DNA from: the human T2T-CHM13v2.0 reference genome, Homo sapiens
Strand: one strand, 5' to 3'
Assembly (NCBI RefSeq): GCF_009914755.1
Contig: NC_060946.1
DNA length: 64,000 nt
Below are positions 1 through 13,000 of this stretch, one piece after another (position 1 is the stretch's first letter; each line of letters opens with the position of its first letter). Made by a program: the position numbers and the translations under genes. A model generated the notes under the pieces. That model made no database searches. It saw only the letters and a list, made by a program, of their open reading frames with translations, and was not told where the DNA came from.

Positions 1-4
1 ATAT

Positions 5-21
5 TCCCGTTTCCAACGAAA
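5..21 (-). promoter_or_regulatory. CENP-B box (1 of 4 per HOR; repeated every 1364 bp)
   Basis: tcccgtttccaacgaaa is the reverse complement of TTTCGTTGGAAACGGGA, matching the 17-bp CENP-B box consensus YTTCGTTGGAARCGGGA. Confidence 0.97.
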
Positions 22-175
22 TCTTCAAATCTATCCAAATGTCCACTTGCATAATCAACAAAAAGTGTTTTTCAGAACTGCTGTATCAAAAGAAAGATCC
101 ACGTCTGTTAGCTGAGTTCACACATCACAAACAAGTTTATGAGAATGCTTCTGTCTAGTTTTTATTTGAAGATAT

Positions 176-192
176 TTCCTTTCTCACCATAG
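176..192 (-). promoter_or_regulatory. A-box (pJalpha-like site) of an A-type monomer; degenerate equivalents at 514-530, 856-872 and 1198-1214 in each HOR
   Basis: ttcctttctcaccatag is the reverse complement of CTATGGTGAGAAAGGAA. It resembles the pJalpha motif and occupies the monomer position homologous to the CENP-B box, 171 bp from the box at 5. Confidence 0.8.
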
Positions 193-342
193 ACCTGAAA
201 GCTGTCCTAATGTTCACTTCCAGATACTACAGAAAGAGTGTTTCAAAACTGCTGTACGAAAGGGAATTTTCAACTCTGTGACTTGAATGCACACATCACA
301 AAGAAGTTTCTGAGGATGCTGCTGTCTACTTTTTATACGTAA

Positions 343-359
343 TCCCGTTTCCAACGAAA
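343..359 (-). promoter_or_regulatory. CENP-B box (2 of 4 per HOR)
   Basis: tcccgtttccaacgaaa, preceded by the 4-bp-shorter flank ttttatacgtaa. Confidence 0.97.
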
Positions 360-684
360 TCCTCCAAGCTATCCAAATATCCACTTGCAGATTCCACAGA
401 AAGACTGTTTCAAAACTGCTCTGTCAATAGAAAGGTTCAACTCTGTTAGCTGCGTGCATATATCCCAAAGAAGATTCTGAGATTGCTTCTGTCTAGTTTT
501 TATGGGAAGATATTTCCCTTTTCACCGTAGGCGTCAAGGCGCTCCAAATGTCCACTTCCAGATACTACAAAAAGAGTCTTTCAAACCTACTCTGTGAAAG
601 GGAATATTCAACTCTGTGACTTGAATGCACATATCACAAAGAAGTTTCTGAGAATGCTTCTGTCGAGATTTTATATGAAGATAT

Positions 685-701
685 TCCCGTTTCCAACGAA
701 A
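685..701 (-). promoter_or_regulatory. CENP-B box (3 of 4 per HOR)
   Basis: tcccgtttccaacgaaa, exact consensus match. Confidence 0.97.
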
Positions 702-1026
702 TCCTGAAATCTATCCAAATATCCCCTCGCAGATTCTACAAAAAGAGTGTTTCAAAACTGCTCTGTAAAAAGAAAGGTTCAACTCTGTTAGTTGAGTACA
801 CACATCACAAACAAGTTTCACAGAATGCTTCTTTCTAGCTTGTAGGGGAAGATATTCCCTTTATCACCATGGTCCTCAAACCGTCCGAAACGTCCACTTC
901 CATATACTACAAAAAGAGCGTTTCAAACCTGCTCTAGGAAAGGCAATGTTCAACTCTGTGACTTGAATGCAGACATCACAGAGCAGTTTCTGAGAATGCT
1001 TCTGTCTAGATTTTATAGGAAGATAT

Positions 1027-1043
1027 TCCCGTTTCCAACGAAA
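1027..1043 (-). promoter_or_regulatory. CENP-B box (4 of 4 per HOR)
   Basis: tcccgtttccaacgaaa, exact consensus match. Confidence 0.97.
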
Positions 1044-4000
1044 TCTTCACAGCTATCCAAATATCCACTTGCAGATTCTACAAAAAGAGTGTATCAAAAC
1101 TGCTCTGTCAAAAGGAAGGTTCTTCTCTGTTAGGTGAGTGCATACGTCATAAAGGAGTTTCTGAGAATGTTTCTGTCTAGTGGTTATGGGAAGATATTTG
1201 CTTTTTCACCGTAGGCCTCAGAGCGCTCCAAATATCCACTTGCACATACTACAAAAAGAGTGCCTCAAAGCTGCTCTCTGAAACTGAATGTTCAACTCTA
1301 TGAGTTGAATGAAAACATCACAAAGACGTTTCTGAGAATGCTTCTGTCTAGATTTGATATGAAGATATTCCCGTTTCCAACGAAATCTTCAAATCTATCC
1401 AAATGTCCACTTGCAGATTCAACAAAAAGTGTTTTTCAGAACTGCTCTATCAAAAGAAAGATCCACCTCTGTTAGCTGAGTTCACACATCACAAACAAGT
1501 TTATGAGAATGCTTCTGTCTAGTTTTTATTTGAAGACATTTCCTTTCTCACCATAGACCTGAAAGCTGTCCTAATGTTCACTTCCAGATACTACAGAAAG
1601 AGTGTTTCAAAACTGCTGTACGAAAGGGAATGTTCAACTCTGTGACTTGAATGCACACATCACAAAGAAGTTTCTGAGGATGCTGCTGTCTACTTTTTAT
1701 ACGTAATCCCGTTTCCAACGAAATCCTCCAAGCTATCCAAATATCCACTTGCAGATTCCACAGAAAGACTGTTTCAAAACTGCTCTGTCAATAGAAAGGT
1801 TCAACTCTGTTAGCTGCGTGCATATATCCCAAAGAAGATTCTGAGATTGCTTCTGTCTAGTTTTTATGGGAAGATATTTCCCTTTTCACCGTAGGCGTCA
1901 AGGCGCTCCAAATGTCCACTTCCAGATACTACAAAAAGAGTGTTTCAAACCTACTCTGTGAAAGCGAATATTCAACTCTGTGACTTGAATGCACATATCA
2001 CAAAGAAGTTTCTGAGAATGCTTCTGTCGAGATTTTATATGAAGATATTCCCGTTTCCAACGAAATCCTGAAATCTATCCAAATATCCCCTCGCAGATTC
2101 TACAAAAAGAGTGTTTCAAAACTGCTCTGTAAAAAGAAAGGTTCAACTCTGTTAGTTGAGTACACACATCACAAACAAGTTTCACAGAATGCTTCTTTCT
2201 AGCTTGTAGGGGAAGATATTCCCTTTATCACCATGGGCCTCCAACCGTCCGAAACGTCCACTTCCATATACTACCAAAAGAGCGTTTCAAACCTGCTCTA
2301 GGAAAGGCAATGTTCAACTCTGTGACTTGAATGCAGACATCACAGAGCAGTTTCTGAGAATGCTTCTGTCTAGATTTTATAGGAAGATATTCCCGTTTCC
2401 AACGAAATCTTCACAGCTATCCAAATATCCACTTGCAGATTCTACAAAAAGAGTGTATCAAAACTGCTCTGTCAAAAGGAAGGTTCTTCTCTGTTAGGTG
2501 AGTGCATACGTCATAAAGGAGTTTCTGAGAATGTTTCTGTCTAGTGGTTATGGGAAGATATTTGCTTTTTCACCGTAGGCCTCAGAGCGCTCCAAATATC
2601 CACTTGCACATACTACAAAAAGAGTGCCTCAAAGCTGCTCTCTGAAACGGAATGTTCAACTCTATGAGTTGAATGCAAACATCACAAAGACGTTTCTGAG
2701 AATGCTTCTGTCTAGATTTGATATGAAGATATTCCCGTTTCCAACGAAATCTTCAAATCTATCCAAATGTCCACTTGCAGATTCAACAAAAAGTGTTTTT
2801 CAGAACTGCTCTATCAAAAGAAAGATCCACCTCTGTTAGCTGAGTTCACACATCACAAACAAGTTTATGAGAATGCTTCTGTCTAGTTTTTATTTGAAGA
2901 TATTTCCTTTCTCACCATAGACCTGAAAGCTGTCCTAATGTTCACTTCCAGATACTACAGAAAGAGTGTTTCAAAACTGCTGTACGAAAGGGAATTTTCA
3001 ACTCTGTGACTTGAATGCACACATCACAAAGAAGTTTCTGAGGATGCTGCTGTCTACTTTTTATACGTAATCCCGTTTCCAACGAAATCCTCCAAGCTAT
3101 CCAAATATCCACTTGCAGATTCCACAGAAAGACTGTTTCAAAACTGCTCTGTCAATAGAAAGGTTCAACTCTGTTAGCTGCGTGCATATATCCCAAAGAA
3201 GATTCTGAGATTGCTTCTGTCTAGTTTTTATGGGAAGATATTTCCCTTTTCACCGTAGGCGTCAAGGCGCTCCAAATGTCCACTTCCAGATACTACAAAA
3301 AGAGTCTTTCAAACCTACTCTGTGAAAGGGAATATTCAACTCTGTGACTTGAATGCACATATCACAAAGAAGTTTCTGAGAATGCTTCTGTCGAGATTTT
3401 ATATGAAGATATTCCCGTTTCCAACGAAATCCTGAAATCTATCAAAATATCCCCTCGCAGATTCTACAAAAAGAGTGTTTCAAAACTGCTCTGTAAAAAG
3501 AAAGGTTCAACTCTGTTAGTTGAGTACACACATCACAAACAAGTTTCACAGAATGCTTCTTTCTAGCTTGTAGGGGAAGATATTCCCTTTATCACCATGG
3601 TCCTCAAACCGTCCGAAACGTCCACTTCCATATACTACAAAAAGAGCGTTTCAAACCTGCTCTAGGAAAGGCAATGTTCAACTCTGTGACTTGAATGCAG
3701 ACATCACAGAGCAGTTTCTGAGAATGCTTCTGTCTAGATTTTATAGGAAGATATTCCCGTTTCCAACGAAATCTTCACAGCTATCCAAATATCCACTTGC
3801 AGATTCTACAAAAAGAGTGTATCAAAACTGCTCTGTCAAAAGGAAGGTTCTTCTCTGTTAGGTGAGTGCATACGTCATAAAGGAGTTTCTGAGAATGTTT
3901 CTGTCTAGTGGTTATGGGAAGATATTTGCTTTTTCACTGTAGGCCTCAGAGCGCTCCAAATATCCACTTGCACATACTACAAAAAGAGTGCCTCAAAGCT

Positions 4001-7000
4001 GCTCTCTGAAACTGAATGTTCAACTCTATGAGTTGAATGAAAACATCACAAAGACGTTTCTGAGAATGCTTCTGTCTAGATTTGATATGAAGATATTCCC
4101 GTTTCCAACGAAATCTTCAAATCTATCCAAATGTCCACTTGCAGATTCAACAAAAAGTGTTTTTCAGAACTGCTCTATCAAAAGAAAGATCCACCTCTGT
4201 TAGCTGAGTTCACACATCACAAACAAGTTTATGAGAATGCTTCTGTCTAGTTTTTATTTGAAGACATTTCCTTTCTCACCATAGACCTGAAAGCTGTCCT
4301 AATGTTCACTTCCAGATACTACAGAAAGAGTGTTTCAAAACTGCTGTACGAAAGGGAATGTTCAACTCTGTGACTTGAATGCACACATCACAAAGAAGTT
4401 TCTGAGGATGCTGCTGTCTACTTTTTATACGTAATCCCGTTTCCAACGAAATCCTCCAAGCTATCCAAATATCCACTTGCAGATTCCACAGAAAGACTGT
4501 TTCAAAACTGCTCTGTCAATAGAAAGGTTCAACTCTGTTAGCTGCGTGCATATATCCCAAAGAAGATTCTGAGATTGCTTCTGTCTAGTTTTTATGGGAA
4601 GATATTTCCCTTTTCACCGTAGGCGTCAAGGCGCTCCAAATGTCCACTTCCAGATACTACAAAAAGAGTGTTTCAAACCTACTCTGTGAAAGCGAATATT
4701 CAACTCTGTGACTTTAATGCACATATCACAAAGAAGTTTCTGAGAATGCTTCTGTCGAGATTTTATATGAAGATATTCCCGTTTCCAACGAAATCCTGAA
4801 ATCTATCCAAATATCCCCTCGCAGATTCTACAAAAAGAGTGTTTCAAAACTGCTCTGTAAAAAGAAAGGTTCAACTCTGTTAGTTGAGTACACACATCAC
4901 AAACAAGTTTCACAGAATGCTTCTTTCTAGCTTGTAGGGGAAGATATTCCCTTTATCACCATGGGCCTCCAACCGTCCGAAACGTCCACTTCCATATACT
5001 ACCAAAAGAGCGTTTCAAACCTGCTCTAGGAAAGGCAATGTTCAACTCTGTGACTTGAATGCAGACATCACAGAGCAGTTTCTGAGAATGCTTCTGTCTA
5101 GATTTTATAGGAAGATATTCCCGTTTCCAACGAAATCTTCACAGCTATCCAAATATCCACTTGCAGATTCTACAAAAAGAGTGTATCAAAACTGCTCTGT
5201 CAAAAGGAAGGTTCTTCTCTGTTAGGTGAGTGCATACGTCATAAAGGAGTTTCTGAGAATGTTTCTGTCTAGTGGTTATGGGAAGATATTTGCTTTTTCA
5301 CCGTAGGCCTCAGAGCGCTCCAAATATCCACTTGCACATACTACAAAAAGAGTGCCTCAAAGCTGCTCTCTGAAACGGAATGTTCAACTCTATGAGTTGA
5401 ATGCAAACATCACAAAGACGTTTCTGAGAATGCTTCTGTCTAGATTTGATATGAAGATATTCCCGTTTCCAACGAAATCTTCAAATCTATCCAAATGTCC
5501 ACTTGCAGACTCAACAAAAAGTGTTTTTCAGAACTGCTCTATCAAAAGAAAGATCCACCTCTGTTAGCTGAGTTCACACATCCCAAACAAGTTTATGAGA
5601 ATGCTTCTGTCTAGTTTTTATTTGAAGATATTTCCTTTCTCACCATAGACCTGAAAGCTGTCCTAATGTTCACTTCCAGATACTACAGAAAGAGTGTTTC
5701 AAAACTGCTGTACGAAAGGGAATGTTCAACTCTGTGACTTGAATGCACACATCACAAAGAAGTTTCTGAGGATGCTGCTGTCTACTTTTTATACGTAATC
5801 CCGTTTCCAACAAAATCCTCCAAGCTATCCAAATATCCACTTGCAGATTCCACAGAAAGACTGTTTCAAAACTGCTCTGTCAATAGAAAGGTTCAACTCT
5901 GTTAGCTGCGTGCATATATCCCAAAGAAGATTCTGAGATTGCTTCTGTCTAGTTTTTATGGGAAGATATTTCCCTTTTCACCGTAGGCGTCAAGGCGCTC
6001 CAAATGTCCACTTCCAGATACTACAAAAAGAGTGTTTCAAACCTACTCTGTGAAAGCGAATATTCAACTCTGTGACTTGAATGCACATATCACAAAGAAG
6101 TTTCTGAGAATGCTTCTGTCGAGATTTTATATGAAGATATTCCCGTTTCCAACGAAATCCTGAAATCTATCCAAATATCCCCTCGCAGATTCTACAAAAA
6201 GAGTGTTTCAAAACTGCTCTGTAAAAAGAAAGGTTCAACTCTGTTAGTTGAGTACACACATCACAAACAAGTTTCACAGAATGCTTCTTTCTAGCTTGTA
6301 GGGGAAGATATTCCCTTTATCACTATGGGCCTCCAACCGTCCGAAACGTCCACTTCCATATACTACCAAAAGAGCGTTTCAAACCTGCTCTAGGAAAGGC
6401 AATGTTCAACTCTGTGACTTGAATGCAAACATCACAGAGCAGTTTCTGAGAATGCTTCTGTCTAGATTTTATAGGAAGATATTCCCGTTTCCAACGAAAT
6501 CTTCACAGCTATCCAAATATCCACTTGCAGATTCTACAAAAAGAGTGTATCAAAACTGCTCTGTCAAAAGGAAGGTTCTTCTCTGTTAGGTGAGTGCATA
6601 CGTCATAAAGGAGTTTCTGAGAATGTTTCTGTCTAGTGGTTATGGGAAGATATTTGCTTTTTCACCGTAGGCCTCAGAGCGCTCCAAATATCCACTTGCA
6701 CATACTACAAAAAGAGTGCCTCAAAGCTGCTCTCTGAAACGGAATGTTCAACTCTATGAGTTGAATGCAAACATCACAAAGACGTTTCTGAGAATGCTTC
6801 TGTCTAGATTTGATATGAAGATATTCCCGTTTCCAACGAAATCTTCAAATCTATCCAAATGTCCACTTGCATAATCAACAAAAAGTGTTTTTCAGAACTG
6901 CTCTATCAAAAGAAAGATCCACCTCTGTTAGCTGAGTTCACACATCACAAACAAGTTTATGAGAATGCTTCTGTCTAGTTTTTATTTGAAGATATTTCCT

Positions 7001-10000
7001 TTCTCACCATAGACCTGAAAGCTGTCCTAATGTTCACTTCCAGATACTACAGAAAGAGTGTTTCAAAACTGCTGTACGAAAGGGAATGTTCAACTCTGTG
7101 ACTTGAATGCACACATCACAAAGAAGTTTCTGAGGATGCTGCTGTCTACTTTTTATACGTAATCCCGTTTCCAACGAAATCCTCCAAGCTATCCAAATAT
7201 CCACTTGCAGATTCCACAGAAAGACTGTTTCAAAACTGCTCTGTCAATAGAAAGGTTCAACTCTGTTAGCTGCGTGCATATATCCCAAAGAAGATTCTGA
7301 GATTGCTTCTGTCTAGTTTTTATGGGAAGATATTTCCCTTTTCACCGTAGGCGTCAAGGCGCTCCAAATGTCCACTTCCAGATACTACAAAAAGAGTGTT
7401 TCAAACCTACTCTGTGAAAGGGAATATTCAACTCTGTGACTTGAATGCACATATCACAAAGAAGTTTCTGAGAATGCTTCTGTCGAGATTTTATATGAAG
7501 ATGTTCCCGTTTCCAACGAAATCCTGAAATCTATCCAAATATCACCTCGCAGATTCTACAAAAAGAGTGTTTCAAAACTGCTCTGTAAAAAGAAAGTTTC
7601 AACTCTGTTACTTGAGTACACACATCACAAACAAGTTTCACAGAATGCTTCTTTCTAGCTTGTAGGGGAAGATATTCCCTTTATCACCATGGTCCTCAAA
7701 CCGTCCGAAACGTCCACTTCCATATACTACAAAAAGAGCGTTTCAAACCTGCTCTATGAAAGGCAATGTTCAACTCTGTGACTTGAATGCAGACATCACA
7801 GAGCAGTTTCTGAGAATGCTTCTGTCTAGATTTTATAGGAAGATATTCCCGTTTCCAACGAAATCTTCACAGCTATCCAAATATCCACTTGCAGATTCTA
7901 CAAAAAGAGTGTATCAAAACTGCTCTGTCAAAAGGAAGGTTCTTCTCTGTTAGGTGAGTGCATACGTCATAAAGGAGTTTCTGAGAATGTTTCTGTCTAG
8001 TGGTTATGGGAAGATATTTGCTTTTTCACCGTAGGCCTCAGAGCGCTCCAAATATCCACTTGCACATACTACAAAAAGAGTGCCTCAAAGCTGCTCTCTG
8101 AAACGGAATGTTCAACTCTATGAGTTGAATGCAAACATCACAAAGACGTTTCTGAGAATGCTTCTGTCTAGATTTGATATGAAGATATTCCCGTTTCCAA
8201 CGAAATCTTCAAATCTATCCAAATGTCCACTTGCATAATCAACAAAAAGTGTTTTTCAGAACTGCTGTATCAAAAGAAAGATCCACGTCTGTTAGCTGAG
8301 TTCACACATCACAAACAAGTTTATGAGAATGCTTCTGTCTAGTTTTTATTTGAAGATATTTCCTTTCTCACCATAGACCTGAAAGCTGTCCTAATGTTCA
8401 CTTCCAGATACTACAGAAAGAGTGTTTCAAAACTGCTGTACGAAAGGGAATTTTCAACTCTGTGACTTGAATGCACACATCACAAAGAAGTTTCTGAGGA
8501 TGCTGCTGTCTACTTTTTATACGTAATCCCGTTTCCAACGAAATCCTCCAAGCTATCCAAATATCCACTTGCAGATTCCACAGAAAGACTGTTTCAAAAC
8601 TGCTCTGTCAATAGAAAGGTTCAACTCTGTTAGCTGCGTGCATATATCCCAAAGAAGATTCTGAGATTGCTTCTGTCTAGTTTTTATGGGAAGATATTTC
8701 CCTTTTCACCGTAGGCGTCAAGGCGCTCCAAATGTCCACTTCCAGATACTACAAAAAGAGTGTTTCAAACCTACTCTGTGAAAGGGAATATTCAACTCTG
8801 TGACTTGAATGCACATATCACAAAGAAGTTTCTGAGAATGCTTCTGTCGAGATTTTATATGAAGATATTCCCGTTTCCAACGAAATCCTGAAATCTATCC
8901 AAATATCCCCTCGCAGATTCTACAAAAAGAGTGTTTCAAAACTGCTCTGTAAAAAGAAAGGTTCAACTCTGTTAGTTGAGTACACACATCACAAACAAGT
9001 TTCACAGAATGCTTCTTTCTAGCTTGTAGGGGAAGATATTCCCTTTATCACCATGGTCCTCAAACCGTCCGAAACGTCCACTTCCATATACTACAAAAAG
9101 AGCGTTTCAAACCTGCTCTAGGAAAGGCAATGTTCAACTCTGTGACTTGAATGCAGACATCACAGAACAGTTTCTGAGAATGCTTCTGTCTAGATTTTAT
9201 AGGAAGATATTCCCGTTTCCAACGAAATCTTCACAGCTATCCAAATATCCACTTGCAGATTCTACAAAAAGAGTGTATCAAAACTGCTCTGTCAAAAGGA
9301 AGGTTCTTCTCTGTTATGTGAGTGCATACGTCATAAAGGAGTTTCTGAGAATGTTTCTGTCTAGTGGTTATGGGAAGATATTTGCTTTTTCACCGTAGGC
9401 CTCAGAGCGCTCCAAATATCCACTTGCACATACTACAAAAAGAGTGCCTCAAAGCTGCTCTCTGAAACGGAATGTTCAACTCTATGAGTTGAATGCAAAC
9501 ATCACAAAGACGTTTCTGAGAATGCTTCTGTCTAGATTTGATATGAAGATATTCCCGTTTCCAACGAAATCTTCAAATCTATCCAAATGTCCACTTGCAG
9601 ATTCAACAAAAAGTGTTTTTCAGAACTGCTCTATCAAAAGAAAGATCCACCTCTGTTAGCTGAGTTCACACATCACAAACAAGTTTATGAGAATGCTTCT
9701 GTCTAGTTTTTATTTGAAGATATTTCCTTTCTCACCATAGACCTGAAAGCTGTCCTAATGTTCACTTCCAGATACTACAGAAAGAGTGTTTCAAAACTGC
9801 TGTACGAAAGGGAATGTTCAACTCTGTGACTTGAATGCACACATCACAAAGAAGTTTCTGAGGATGCTGCTGTCTACTTTTTATACGTAATCCCGTTTCC
9901 AACGAAATCCTCCAAGCTATCCAAATATCCACTTGCAGATTCCACAGAAAGACTGTTTCAAAACTGCTCTGTCAATAGAAAGGTTCAACTCTGTTAGCTG

Positions 10001-13000
10001 CGTGCATATATCCCAAAGAAGATTCTGAGATTGCTTCTGTCTAGTTTTTATGGGAAGATATTTCCCTTTTCACCGTAGGCGTCAAGGCGCTCCAAATGTC
10101 CACTTCCAGATACTACAAAAAGAGTGTTTCAAACCTACTCTGTGAAAGCGAATATTCAACTCTGTGACTTGAATGCACATATCACAAAGAAGTTTCTGAG
10201 AATGCTTCTGTCGAGATTTTATATGAAGATATTCCCGTTTCCAACGAAATCCTGAAATCTATCCAAATATCCCCTCGCAGATTCTACAAAAAGAGTGTTT
10301 CAAAACTGCTCTGTAAAAAGAAAGGTTCAACTCTGTTAGTTGAGTACACACATCACAAACAAGTTTCACAGAATGCTTCTTTCTAGCTTGTAGGGGAAGA
10401 TATTCCCTTTATCACCATGGGCCTCCAACCGTCCGAAACGTCCACTTCCATATACTACCAAAAGAGCGTTTCAAACCTGCTCTAGGAAAGGCAATGTTCA
10501 ACTCTGTGACTTGAATGCAGACATCACAGAGCAGTTTCTGAGAATGCTTCTGTCTAGATTTTATAGGAAGATATTCCCGTTTCCAACGAAATCTTCACAG
10601 CTATCCAAATATCCACTTGCAGATTCTACAAAAAGAGTGTATCAAAACTGCTCTGTCAAAAGGAAGGTTCTTCTCTGTTAGGTGAGTGCATACGTCATAA
10701 AGGAGTTTCTGAGAATGTTTCTGTCTAGTGGTTATGGGAAGATATTTGCTTTTTCACCGTAGGCCTCAGAGCGCTCCAAATATCCACTTGCACATACTAC
10801 AAAAAGAGTGCCTCAAAGCTGCTCTCTGAAACGGAATGTTCAACTCTATGAGTTGAATGCAAACATCACAAAGACGTTTCTGAGAATGCTTCTGTCTAGA
10901 TTTGATATGAAGATATTCCCGTTTCCAACGAAATCTTCAAATCTATCCAAATGTCCACTTGCATAATCAACAAAAAGTGTTTTTCAGAACTGCTCTATCA
11001 AAAGAAAGATCCACCTCTGTTAGCTGAGTTCACACATCACAAACAAGTTTATGAGAATGCTTCTGTCTAGTTTTTATTTGAAGATATTTCCTTTCTCACC
11101 ATAGACCTGAAAGCTGTCCTAATGTTCACTTCCAGATACTACAGAAAGAGTGTTTCAAAACTGCTGTACGAAAGGGAATGTTCAACTCTGTGACTTGAAT
11201 GCACACATCACAAAGAAGTTTCTGAGGATGCTGCTGTCTACTTTTTATACGTAATCCCGTTTCCAACGAAATCCTCCAAGCTATCCAAATATCCACTTGC
11301 AGATTCCACAGAAAGACTGTTTCAAAACTGCTCTGTCAATAGAAAGGTTCAACTCTGTTAGCTGCGTGCATATATCCCAAAGAAGATTCTGAGATTGCTT
11401 CTGTCTAGTTTTTATGGGAAGATATTTCCCTTTTCACCGTAGGCGTCAAGGCGCTCCAAATGTCCACTTCCAGATACTACAAAAAGAGTGTTTCAAACCT
11501 ACTCTGTGAAAGGGAATATTCAACTCTGTGACTTGAATGCACATATCACAAAGAAGTTTCTGAGAATGCTTCTGTCGAGATTTTATATGAAGATGTTCCC
11601 GTTTCCAACGAAATCCTGAAATCTATCCAAATATCACCTCGCAGATTCTACAAAAAGAGTGTTTCAAGACTGCTCTGTAAAAAGAAAGTTTCAACTCTGT
11701 TACTTGAGTACACACATCACAAACAAGTTTCACAGAATGCTTCTTTCTAGCTTGTAGGGGAAGATATTCCCTTTATCACCATGGTCCTCAAACCGTCCGA
11801 AACGTCCACTTCCATATACTACAAAAAGAGCGTTACAAACCTGCTCTATGAAAGGCAATGTTCAACTCTGTGACGTGAATGCAGACATCACAGAGCAGTT
11901 TCTGAGAATGCTTCTGTCTAGATTTTATAGGAAGATATTCCCGTTTCCAACGAAATCTTCACAGCTATCCAAATATCCACTTGCAGATTCTACAAAAAGA
12001 GTGTATCAAAACTGCTCTGTCAAAAGGAAGGTTCTTCTCTGTTAGGTGAGTGCATACGTCATAAAGGAGTTTCTGAGAATGTTTCTGTCTAGTGGTTATG
12101 GGAAGATATTTGCTTTTTCACCGTAGGCCTCAGAGCGCTCCAAATATCCACTTGCACATACTACAAAAAGAGTGCCTCAAAGCTGCTCTCTGAAACGGAA
12201 TGTTCAACTCTATGAGTTGAATGCAAACATCACAAAGACGTTTCTGAGAATGCTTCTGTCTAGATTTGATATGAAGATATTCCCGTTTCCAACGAAATCT
12301 TCAAATCTATCCAAATGTCCACTTGCAGATTCAACAAAAAGTGTTTTTCAGAACTGCTCTATCAAAAGAAAGATCCACCTCTGTTAGCTGAGTTCACACA
12401 TCACAAACAAGTTTATGAGAATGCTTCTGTCTAGTTTTTATTTGAAGATATTTCCTTTCTCACCATAGACCTGAAAGCTGTCCTAATGTTCACTTCCAGA
12501 TACTACAGAAAGAGTGTTTCAAAACTGCTGTACGAAAGGGAATGTTCAACTCTGTGACTTGAATGCACACATCACAAAGAAGTTTCTGAGGATGCTGCTG
12601 TCTACTTTTTATACGTAATCCCGTTTCCAACGAAATCCTCCAAGCTATCCAAACATCCACTTGCAGATTCCACAGAAAGACTGTTTCAAAACTGCTCTGT
12701 CAATAGAAAGGTTCAACTCTGTTAGCTGCGTGCATATATCCCAAAGAAGATTCTGAGATTGCTTCTGTCTAGTTTTTATGGGAAGATATTTCCCTTTTCA
12801 CCGTAGGCGTCAAGGCGCTCCAAATGTCCACTTCCAGATACTACAAAAAGAGTGTTTCAAACCTACTCTGTGAAAGCGAATATTCAACTCTGTGACTTGA
12901 ATGCACATATCACAAAGAAGTTTCTGAGAATGCTTCTGTCGAGATTTTATATGAAGATATTCCCGTTTCCAAGGAAATCCTGAAATCTATCCAAATATCC

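Larger units (their letters stand above)
1..1364 (-). repeat. First full HOR period (8 monomers; phase arbitrary)
   Basis: A/B box positions start at 5, 176, 343, 514, 685, 856, 1027, 1198 and then 1369. The steps are 171, 167, 171, 171, 171, 171, 171, 171, summing to 1364. Confidence 0.97.

Noticed and set aside
640-656. Heat-shock-element-like gaagtttctgagaa
   Set aside because: The third GAA is spaced by 3 nt rather than 2, so it is not a canonical nGAAnnTTCnnGAAn. It is part of the ordinary alphoid consensus.
1219-1230. Short palindromes/dyads (gagcgctc, aggcct, ttctgagaa) as cruciform or terminator elements
   Set aside because: They are only 6-9 bp long and are expected by chance or are common to alphoid DNA. 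The sequence alone does not support a special structure.
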